From contig JBGSMD010000069.1 in assembly GCA_041740355.1 (NCBI GenBank), positions 1 through 27,238 of the forward strand: DNA of 27,238 nt. The letters are read 5' to 3'. The position numbers and the translations under genes were made by a program. The number at the start of each line of letters is the position of its first letter. Position 1 is the stretch's first letter. The notes under the pieces were generated by a model. That model ran no database searches. It had not been told where the DNA came from and saw only the letters and a list, made by a program, of their open reading frames with translations. This document shows positions 1 through 7,124 of the stretch, in pieces. This DNA comes from Bdellovibrionota bacterium (GTDB taxonomy: Bacteria > Bdellovibrionota_C > UBA2361 > CALJRW01).

Positions 1-137
1 CCAAAAAGTAATTTACGTAAGGAAATTACTTTTTGGGGCTTTCTATCCCCCGGAGGGATAATAAAATTATATAGTTATGACAAAAAACAACTCAATCTAT
101 TTGATTTTTACGTAATTTATTTTTTGTCATCACTATA
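1..137 (+). repeat. Family A palindromic element, copy 1 (5' end truncated by window edge)
   Basis: CCAAAAAGTAATTT(1-14) pairs with AAATTACTTTTTGG(23-36). Mini-hairpin TATCCC-CCGGA-GGGATA. Module 2: TATAGTTATGACAAAAAA(70-87)/TTTTTTGTCATCACTATA(120-137), 17/18 complementary. Near-identical to 243-379 and 27110-27238. Confidence 0.93.
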
Positions 138-190
138 ATTAAAAATAAATTTTTAATTATTTCAACCACTTTGCTTATCTCGTAACGAAT

Positions 191-211
191 CTTAGATCGA
201 ACTCAGGATTA
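191..211. mobile_element. Isolated motif CTTAGATCGAACTCAGGATTA, possible remnant of an IS terminal inverted repeat (IS982-like by recollection)
   Basis: Matches CTTATGTCGAACTCAGGTTA at 6263-6282. The family assignment is from memory and was not searched. Confidence 0.4.
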
Positions 212-232
212 AATGCTATTAAATTCTTCATT

Positions 233-379
233 TATAGAAAGTCCAAAAAGTAATTTACGTAAGGAAACTACTTTTTGGGGCTTTCTATCCCCCGCAAGCG
301 TAGTAAAATCATATAGTTATTACAAAAAACAAGCTGCGCTATTTTATTTATACGTAATTTATTTTTTGGAATAACTATA
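233..379 (+). repeat. Family A palindromic element, copy 2 (complete, two modules)
   Basis: Module 1: ATAGAAAGTCCAAAAAGTAATTT...AAACTACTTTTTGGGGCTTTCTAT (234-288). Module 2: TATAGTTATTACAAAAAA(312-329)/TTTTTTGGAATAACTATA(362-379). Direct repeat of copy 1 with a 242-bp period. Confidence 0.93.
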
Positions 380-400
380 AATGCATTTGAAGCACACTTT

Positions 401-429
401 TTTAAAAGCATCCATAACACTGGTATACT
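401..429 (+). promoter_or_regulatory. Putative sigma70 promoter with extended -10 for the 542-841 gene
   Basis: TTTAAA(401-406), 17 bp spacer, TATACT(424-429) preceded by TG at 421-422 (TGn extension). AT-rich background lowers specificity. Confidence 0.4.
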
Positions 430-541
430 TTTGGACATGCTTTAAACCTAATTACTTTAGCCCTTAGCTGATAACCTAAGATTTGGTTAATTACTGGTTG
501 GCAAGCAGGTCTCTTACTTTAGCAATATTTTGGAGTTGTTT

Positions 542-841
542 ATGCAAAGTGGTGATGCTTCGGCCAGTAAAATGCCCCAGTGGGATGTAGCGTACTTAGA
601 TAATCTTGGTTACGACTCATTAACAGAATTAATGCGGGCGATTATTTTAAGATGTGTAGATGATTTTCATAATAAGGCAGAATTTAAATCAGAGGCCTTA
701 GCTTACATGGAAGATCAAGATGAAGATTACATTTTTTCATTTCGTTCGATTTGTCTACATCTTGGTTTAGATCCAAACAAGACAAAGAATGCCATAATTT
801 ATGCTAACCAAAGAATTAGCACCCGCCGACGTGCTGCCTAA
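542..841 (+). CDS. Small conserved hypothetical protein (LMRAII...FSFxSICxxLGLDP motif)
   Basis: ORF track gives 530..841, but ATG at 542 has GGAG(532-535) 6 nt upstream. The motif pattern resembles a widespread uncharacterised family (recollection). Terminator-like hairpin lies downstream. Confidence 0.8.
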   Translation: MQSGDASASKMPQWDVAYLDNLGYDSLTELMRAIILRCVDDFHNKAEFKSEALAYMEDQDEDYIFSFRSICLHLGLDPNKTKNAIIYANQRISTRRRAA

Positions 842-861
842 TGAATAATAATTCGCAGATT

Positions 862-1087
862 AAACGGTTAGAGTTTGAGTAGAGGTCGAATTAAAAAGTT
901 GGTAAAAACGCAGCTGTACTTTTGCTACAGCGAGTATTCTCAAACCAGTTAAATAAAATATTGGTTTATAACTTTTATCAGGTTTGAGTCGTAGTATGCC
1001 CAGTTGAAATGTAAACATTTCAACTTAAGCGACCCGCAAGGGTCGCTTAACTTTTTTCTTTCGAGATCTGCCAAAGGCTAAACGTTT
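862..1087 (+). repeat. Family B palindromic element, long copy with ~100 bp of nested hairpins
   Basis: Ends AAACGGTTAG/CTAAACGTTT (9/10 IR). 862-938 and ~1050-1087 align with the two halves of 1578-1699. The middle holds three extra hairpins. Confidence 0.9.
1025..1061 (+). terminator. Rho-independent terminator-like hairpin nested inside element B1
   Basis: TTAAGCGACCC-GCAA-GGGTCGCTTAA: perfect 11-bp stem with GNRA loop, followed by CTTTTTTCTTT, between two convergent genes. Confidence 0.75.
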
Positions 1088-1092
1088 GATAA

Positions 1093-1332
1093 TTATTGGA
1101 TAGTGGCAGAAGCCTGATCACTCGCTTCAATAATAGACATAATCCGATCTACTCCCTTAAGTTTTTTTGTTTTTAATTGTTTAACTTCTAGTTCTTCCTG
1201 AGGTGTTAAGAAGTTTCTTGCTTGAAAACGAGATAAGCGATCTTCTAACGCTTGATGCTCTTTATGCAATTTACTTAGCTCAAAATTATCAGCTAATAAA
1301 CTTAGTAGAATTTCCTTTTGCCTTTTATTCAT
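1093..1332 (-). CDS. DUF465/YdcH-family small coiled-coil protein
   Basis: L..EH..LE..L......LTP.EELE...LK.KKL...D.I pattern typical of DUF465. GGAG lies 9 nt upstream of the ATG at 1332. Confidence 0.85.
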   Translation of the reverse strand: MNKRQKEILLSLLADNFELSKLHKEHQALEDRLSRFQARNFLTPQEELEVKQLKTKKLKGVDRIMSIIEASDQASATIQ

Positions 1333-1577
1333 CAATCATTTCTCCGATAAAAATCCTGTTCCCAAACCTTGAATCTCAAAAAAGAAAGTTAGACCTTTAT
1401 CCTGACATCTTAATGCCAAATCTAATCAACAATTTTTGTGATTAATAAACAGGATCAATTTGTTATTTGTTTACGTCTAGGTAAAAGCTTAATTGATTTA
1501 CAGGTCTAAGTTCAAGCTAATTATCAAATCCTAAAATACCTATTCTAGAACTTAAAAGTGAAATAACCATATAATCA

Positions 1578-1699
1578 ATCGGTTTAGAGTTTGAGTGGAG
1601 GTCAAATTAAAAAAATTAGCAAAAACGCAGGTGTACTTTTAGTACAGCGAGTATTTTGCTTGTTTTTTTCTTTTGAGATCCGCCAAAGGCTAAACCGAT
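1578..1699 (+). repeat. Family B palindromic element, short 122-bp copy
   Basis: Perfect 10-bp ends ATCGGTTTAG/CTAAACCGAT. Folds as one long rod (GTGGA/TCCGC, TCAAA/TTTGA, A7/T7, AGCAAAA/TTTTGCT, TGTAC/GTACA). Confidence 0.92.
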
Positions 1700-1701
1700 A
1701 G

Positions 1702-2427
1702 CTAAATTAGCATTAAGCTTAAATTCCTACCCGACTCATTAGACTGTCGACGATACGATGAGAAATCTAAAGTACTAATTGTACAAATTTTACTCGAAAT
1801 TAGTTCAATCGAAAAAGAATTAATTTGCTTAGCGAGTGTTTCAAGCATGTTCAAATAATATTTCCCCTGCCGTTCTTGATAGACTGCATTTGGGCCAATT
1901 AAGTCTAATTCATTTTGCTTAAATTCGTAGCGTTCCTTACCGGCATGAGGTCCCACTAACAGCTGAAAATTTTTCACTCCTAGTTCTTTCATTCGTGCTA
2001 ATACTTTATTAGTAATTTCGATTTGTAGCCCCTGCCAACCACTATGAATCACAGCTACAACTTTTGGGCTATAAATTAAAATTGGCAGACAATCCGCAGT
2101 CATTATTCCTAATCCAATATTAGAAAATTTGGTAATATTTTTGATAATTAAAGCATCAGCTGGTTCCTTCCAGTCACTTAAGGTTGTTGTTGCTAATTCT
2201 TCTTGGCTAAATTCTAGGAAATGATCGGTATGATTTTGATTAAGTAGAATTAAATTAGCGACACCCTGTTCTTTAATAAATTGTTCGCGGGCATTTTGTC
2301 GATTCGCAAGATTGAAATTGTACTGCTGATTAAAGAAGGAATGCTTGATGCCTGCTTCGATCCAACGAGGGTAATAATAGAAGTTATTATTATATGCTAA
2401 ATCAATTAACTTTATATTTTTCGACAT
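1702..2427 (-). CDS. pgeF: PgeF/YfiH (polyphenol oxidase-like, FAMIN-family purine nucleoside phosphorylase)
   Basis: Motifs NQNH, ADAL, TADCLPIL, HSGWQG, ICT, FSSYRR, GRN. His-Cys-His triad present. Confidence 0.9.
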   Translation of the reverse strand: MSKNIKLIDLAYNNNFYYYPRWIEAGIKHSFFNQQYNFNLANRQNAREQFIKEQGVANLILLNQNHTDHFLEFSQEELATTTLSDWKEPADALIIKNITKFSNIGLGIMTADCLPILIYSPKVVAVIHSGWQGLQIEITNKVLARMKELGVKNFQLLVGPHAGKERYEFKQNELDLIGPNAVYQERQGKYYLNMLETLAKQINSFSIELISSKICTISTLDFSSYRRQSNESGRNLSLMLI

Positions 2428-3877
2428 ACCCGACTACTCTACCAAAGGCATCTACTTTTAACCAATCCCCATGATCCTCAATAACTAATAGTCGATCGCC
2501 ATAATAAAGAGGCATAACTTCTGCTTCAAAGGTACTTGGTTTAATATATAGGCTAGTATCTAGAACAACTCTAACTTGATAATTCTTAAACGTTGTAGGT
2601 TCAAGTTTCGCTTGACCTACTCTTTCATCAATAATTGGAGTCTTTCGTAAATGTTCATCCATCACATTATTCCCTTGAGTTTCAGGCTGATTCTCCTTAC
2701 TTGGTCTGACGGCATCCTCGGGAGTATAACCATCTAAAATATCTCTTAATTCCGCTGGTTCCACTGGACCAGTTAAATTTAAACCTTGCGGTTGGGTCAA
2801 GTCATCTAACGACTGCTTGGTATTGGAAGAACCTGAATCGGGATTTTCCAATTGATCCATAATTTTTGTAAGTGGGCTTTCGGCATTTGTCTTAGTAACT
2901 TCTGTAGTCTTTAGCACCATTCTCGGTTTTTCACGTATAAGCTCTAGCGACTCTTTTACAAAGTTTGGATCTGAAACTAAGCTAATTTGCCTTTCTCTAG
3001 GAGTATAAAAATAAATACTGGATATTAGCAGTGAGATAAAGAGCAACATTAAAATTATGGAGACTGGCTTATAACGCCTAATTGATTTTGAGCTACTCAC
3101 TTCCTGTTCGTAATCTTCAATTAATTCTGCTGGTAATTGCAGATCAGCAGTAATCAATTCTAAATTTTTATCAGTATTTAGTGAGTTTAGATATTTTTGA
3201 AATTCATCTAACTGAGATTCCTCTGGATCTACCTCAGCTCTTTGTGGGGTATCAATGAACTCAGGCACTTCAGGTAAAACAGAGTGCTTTTCTAAATGAA
3301 TAATAGTTTTTGGTATAAATGTTTCCAGCTTACTAGCCAATTCGGGATCGATCACTAAGCATTGTTCCAAGGCCAGTTTGCTTGTTGGAATAAGAATATT
3401 TGTTACTTCTAATCGTTTTTCTTCTGGTAAGTTTTGTAGTTCATCTTGCCAAATGCTGATTAATCCAAATCCAACTAAATCAGCTCTTAGAGTCTTAAGT
3501 TTTAAAGCAGAAAATGACCAATAAGATTTTGCCACAAAATTTGAAGGTTCTAAATTTATAGCCTCTTCAGAAAGCTCGGACAATCTAGTCCATTCCTTAT
3601 TCTTGAACGCCGATTCCATCGGAGATAATGGGATTTGTGGAATCTGCATAACTGGAATTATTTCTTCCAAGTGAACAACTTTTATAAGGTTCTCTTTAGT
3701 ACCCTCTCCGGCAAGAATATCTGTGGGAATAGAATTATTAGCCAAGTTCTCTTGATCCTCGTTGGCGGGAGTATTTACAACAAATTCGTGTAGATCATGT
3801 TTAGGATTTAGAAATCCATACTCAGGCAAGCTACCCTTTAAAATTTTATTTAGACCAATGTTGATTTGCTCATTCAT
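2402..3877 (-). CDS. Bitopic membrane protein with C-terminal SH3b-like domain, function unknown
   Basis: One TM segment (SIILMLLFISLLISSIYFY) preceded by basic RRYK. Low-complexity linker. C-terminus SLYIKPS...GDRLLVIEDHGDWLKV...GYV resembles bacterial SH3. Confidence 0.75.
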   Translation of the reverse strand: MNEQINIGLNKILKGSLPEYGFLNPKHDLHEFVVNTPANEDQENLANNSIPTDILAGEGTKENLIKVVHLEEIIPVMQIPQIPLSPMESAFKNKEWTRLSELSEEAINLEPSNFVAKSYWSFSALKLKTLRADLVGFGLISIWQDELQNLPEEKRLEVTNILIPTSKLALEQCLVIDPELASKLETFIPKTIIHLEKHSVLPEVPEFIDTPQRAEVDPEESQLDEFQKYLNSLNTDKNLELITADLQLPAELIEDYEQEVSSSKSIRRYKPVSIILMLLFISLLISSIYFYTPRERQISLVSDPNFVKESLELIREKPRMVLKTTEVTKTNAESPLTKIMDQLENPDSGSSNTKQSLDDLTQPQGLNLTGPVEPAELRDILDGYTPEDAVRPSKENQPETQGNNVMDEHLRKTPIIDERVGQAKLEPTTFKNYQVRVVLDTSLYIKPSTFEAEVMPLYYGDRLLVIEDHGDWLKVDAFGRVVGYVEKYKVN

Positions 3878-4249
3878 CTTTAAATTGTGCTTGGAAGTTA
3901 AAACCTAATTATTTAAGTAGTTTAGACGATTGTTCCGTAATTAAAGTTTCGATGTATCGATCAAAGTTCACACCTATTCTGGCCATTTCAATTAATGATC
4001 ATATAATAAGGTTATGTTGCTTCAGTGGCAACTTGGTATCTTCAGATAAAGAGTCCAAAAAACAACAAAGATAGTCAGCCTAACTAGAATTACGAAAAGG
4101 TTTTTTAGAAATTCATTCTTAGTTTTACTATATTTTATCTTGCCGTTTTTAAATATTCACATAAAATATAAAATATCCTTATATTACAACAGTTTGGAAA
4201 TTTTTTATTATTTGGTTTCAACTGCTTGGAATAACTTTTCATCAATATT

Positions 4250-4825
4250 ATGAAGATCTTATCACAATTACACTTAGTATTATTTTGTTTACTCAGTTCT
4301 TGTTCAACAAGCAATCTTTACCCTCCAGGAGTTAAACCAGAGGTTATTGCCTTAGCTGAGAGTAGCAATCGTGAAATAATCTTAAAAGTTACCAATTCTT
4401 TCCAATTAGACTCACTTGGTCATCAATACCTTGGAATTTTATTTCCAGCTGGTGAAATACGGCACGAATTCTTAGAACAAGCTCTACTTCAGAAACTTTA
4501 TACAGAGTTAACACTCCGAGGATTTCGACCAAGAATTGATTTAGAACGTACTCCTAACAATATTAAAATCGATCAGCTAAAAGTTGATTTAGCTAACGTC
4601 CAACTTACAGCTTATGATCTATTGATGACTCGAAAGGTCGTTTCTAAGGTAAAATTAAAAGCAGATTTTGATTCTCTAAGAATCAATGTTCCTATTTCCT
4701 ACACGATGAGTAGTGCCTACTCCGAGTATAAAACTATGCCTTTTAAGGCCCAGCTTCAGAGGATTCTTGATAAAAGCTTAGATGCGTCGATCAAGGACCT
4801 ATTAAACCAACTAAGAATTAAGTAA
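4250..4825 (+). CDS. Putative lipoprotein of unknown function
   Basis: Signal peptide with lipobox LSSC (Cys18). 191-aa ORF, first of three tightly spaced genes. Confidence 0.75.
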   Translation: MKILSQLHLVLFCLLSSCSTSNLYPPGVKPEVIALAESSNREIILKVTNSFQLDSLGHQYLGILFPAGEIRHEFLEQALLQKLYTELTLRGFRPRIDLERTPNNIKIDQLKVDLANVQLTAYDLLMTRKVVSKVKLKADFDSLRINVPISYTMSSAYSEYKTMPFKAQLQRILDKSLDASIKDLLNQLRIK

Positions 4826-4832
4826 AAAGATC

Positions 4833-5426
4833 TTGTCTCCTAAATACTTAGTTCTGCTTGTCGGGTTTTTTACTGAGGGTTTCTTAACGCTACTATGGTT
4901 CTTAGGAAAAGAATCGGCATTGATTACACCAACAAATAAGTATTATTCACTGATAGATTTTATATTATTAAGCTCTGCCTTAATACTGCCTTTATTAATT
5001 TTGAACTACTTATTGTTTATTCGATATCCGAATCAAACACGAAATGATTTTCTCCAAACTAAAGTTTATCCTTTGTGTCAAATACTAAATATCCCATCAG
5101 CCATCTTCATCTCCTTAATTGCCGGTATCGGTGAGGAATTATTCTTTAGAGATCTCCTCTTAAATTATCTTAATATTTCTCTAGGTCCATTCCTCGCAAT
5201 ATTGCTAAGTAGCTTAGCCTTTGCCCTTGTGCACTTTATTGGTCAAATTAAAAATTCCTTGCCATTAATCTTGATATACTTAGTAGTTGGTTTTTACTTT
5301 GCTTTCATCTACCTAATCACTCAATCAGTCCTAATCTGTATCACTATTCATTTTGCCTATGATCTAGTTGCAATTATGGCTTATAAATTTGCGTTAAAAC
5401 AAAAAAATAACTTTACCCCAGCGTAG
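4833..5426 (+). CDS. CPBP (CAAX/Abi) family intramembrane protease
   Basis: EELFFR, FALVH and HFAYD motifs in a multi-TM protein. TTG start. Confidence 0.92.
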   Translation: MSPKYLVLLVGFFTEGFLTLLWFLGKESALITPTNKYYSLIDFILLSSALILPLLILNYLLFIRYPNQTRNDFLQTKVYPLCQILNIPSAIFISLIAGIGEELFFRDLLLNYLNISLGPFLAILLSSLAFALVHFIGQIKNSLPLILIYLVVGFYFAFIYLITQSVLICITIHFAYDLVAIMAYKFALKQKNNFTPA

Positions 5427-5427
5427 C

Positions 5428-6018
5428 ATGACCAAACCATCAACTAACCCACATCAAATATTAACTAGCTTTAGTATTGATATGCCTGATTGGATCAAAG
5501 GATTTATAAGCAGCAAATCGAATTGCTGTTATTTAAGTGATCAGGACAAGATTAATCTTGTTTTGGACGCTCTAGAGATTCAAATTAAGATGGATACAGG
5601 CGGCCCTTTTGCGGCAATAGTATTTGATCCAAACGGTTGGATTATTTCAATAGGTGTAAATTTAGTTGTTCCTGAAAATAATTCCACAGCTCATGCTGAA
5701 ATGATTGCCTTACAACTAGCTCAAAAAACAATTGCTAATTTTTCTTTAAATTCCATTGGGAAATGTACTTTAGCGAGCTCTAGTCAGCCCTGCGCACAAT
5801 GCTGTGGCGCAGGTGTCTGGGCTGGAATCAGTAAACTACTAGTTGCTTGTTCCTCAAGTGATACAGAAGAAATATTAGGTTTTGATGAAGGTCCGATTCA
5901 CCCAAATTGGATCCAAGAATACGAACAACGAGGAATTACTGTGATTAAAGACCTAGAACGAGATAAAGCCTGCGATATAATCAAGAATTATCAGGGAATA
6001 ATTTATAACGGCAATTAA
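5428..6018 (+). CDS. Zn-dependent CDA-superfamily deaminase, NE0047-like (probable guanine deaminase)
   Basis: GGPFAA, HAE, PCAQC, plus GFDEGP and C-terminal IYN motifs that I recall from the Nitrosomonas NE0047 guanine deaminase subgroup. Confidence 0.85.
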   Translation: MTKPSTNPHQILTSFSIDMPDWIKGFISSKSNCCYLSDQDKINLVLDALEIQIKMDTGGPFAAIVFDPNGWIISIGVNLVVPENNSTAHAEMIALQLAQKTIANFSLNSIGKCTLASSSQPCAQCCGAGVWAGISKLLVACSSSDTEEILGFDEGPIHPNWIQEYEQRGITVIKDLERDKACDIIKNYQGIIYNGN

Positions 6019-6282
6019 TATAGTGAGTCCAAAAAATAAATTACTTTAAAAGACTAACGATTTTGCTTGGACTAAGTATCTATGTTGTTTTTAGCTATGC
6101 AAACTTGGATATCCGCCGTAGCTTTTGCTTTGGCGTGACAAAAATCCAAGATTTGCATTAGCCGTAATGACTCTGTTCAATTTACTAACCAGCCTTCGCT
6201 GAAGCTTCGGCTAGGCAGGCAGTAAATTATTTATTGTCATTACTAAATTACTAACCTGAATCCTTATGTCGAACTCAGGTTA
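6019..6282. repeat. Intergenic array of four abutting palindromic elements
   Basis: Element 1: 6019-6080 (TATAGTGAGTCCAA/TTGGACTAAGTATC). Element 2: 6094-6162 (GCTATGCAAACTTGGAT/ATCCAAGATTTGCATTAGC). Element 3: 6164-6243 (GTAATGAC/GTCATTAC with inner AATTTACT/AGTAAATT). Element 4: 6252-6282 (TAACCTGA/TCAGGTTA). Confidence 0.85.
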
Positions 6283-7122
6283 CTAGAAATAATTAACAAT
6301 ATTATTAATAATAGTTCTACCAACCAATGAACAATCTAGCTTTATCCCTCGCTTTAAGGCTTCTTTCTTTTCAAATGCTTGAGGATCTGTAAAATCAAAG
6401 ACCGAAACTTCTGGATGGGCCATCTGTCCAAAAATTCTTCCATTGCTACTTTTTAAACCAGCAATACCTAGCAATGATCCGTTGGGGTTATTTGGAAAAC
6501 GTTCCGTAGACTTTCCTGTGACCGGGTCAGCATATTCCAGTAAGACATGTTCACTGACAATTTTTTGCTTAATAGATTCTGAGACTGGATCGAAAGCGCT
6601 AAACTTATCACTAAATTGCAATTTACCTTCTCCATGACGACACCACAGATAAAAAACTTGATCTTCTAGCCCAGCAAAAGCAAAATGATTATTTTTTAAT
6701 TTGTGAGGGACATACGCAACACGATAACTACCACAGTCATTATGAGCAAGTGTTAAAGCCTGCTTTGTATAATTATTATCTGAGGCTGGCAGTAAGCCTG
6801 ATTTAACTAAAAGTTGGAATCCATTGCATTGTCCGTAAATTACGCCACCTTTATCGGCGAAATTCCAAAATGCCTCTGTTAAACCATTAATGTTTAATTG
6901 ATTAACTGCACACATTGCCGAACCTAGAAGATCCCCATGCATAAAACCACCAGCAATATTAATTATTTGATAGTTCTTTAGTAATTCTTTACGCTCTAGT
7001 AACTGATTAAAATGAATTAAATCTACCCTTGCCCCATTTTGAGTATAGGCTAGCTTACTTTCTTCGTGGCAACCAATACCAAGGCCATGAATAATTAAAA
7101 CTTTTACATTTTTAGAAGTCAT
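6283..7122 (-). CDS. purQ: FGAM synthase glutaminase subunit PurQ
   Basis: GGFMHGD, CNGFQLLVKSGLLP, HGEG, NPNGS and HPE give the Cys-His-Glu triad. Lies 2 nt downstream of purL. Confidence 0.96.
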   Translation of the reverse strand: MTSKNVKVLIIHGLGIGCHEESKLAYTQNGARVDLIHFNQLLERKELLKNYQIINIAGGFMHGDLLGSAMCAVNQLNINGLTEAFWNFADKGGVIYGQCNGFQLLVKSGLLPASDNNYTKQALTLAHNDCGSYRVAYVPHKLKNNHFAFAGLEDQVFYLWCRHGEGKLQFSDKFSAFDPVSESIKQKIVSEHVLLEYADPVTGKSTERFPNNPNGSLLGIAGLKSSNGRIFGQMAHPEVSVFDFTDPQAFEKKEALKRGIKLDCSLVGRTIINNIVNYF

Positions 7123-7124
7123 TT

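Noticed and set aside
1-379. CRISPR array or tandem tRNA/ncRNA genes
   Set aside because: Units are ~140 bp with only two in tandem, there is no 30-40 nt repeat-spacer periodicity, no cas genes and no cloverleaf or T-loop.
421-436. Sigma54 promoter TGGTATACTTTTGGA
   Set aside because: The -12 position reads GA instead of GC at GG-N10 spacing. An extended -10 explains it better.
530-541. TTG start at 530 from the ORF track
   Set aside because: It overlaps the GGAG RBS that serves the ATG at 542.
1203-1445. 80-aa + strand ORF
   Set aside because: Antisense overlap with the recognisable DUF465 gene and no motifs.
4051-4062. GAGTCCAAAAAA matching the family A left arm
   Set aside because: No TATAG start and no complementary right arm nearby. 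Probably chance or too decayed to call.
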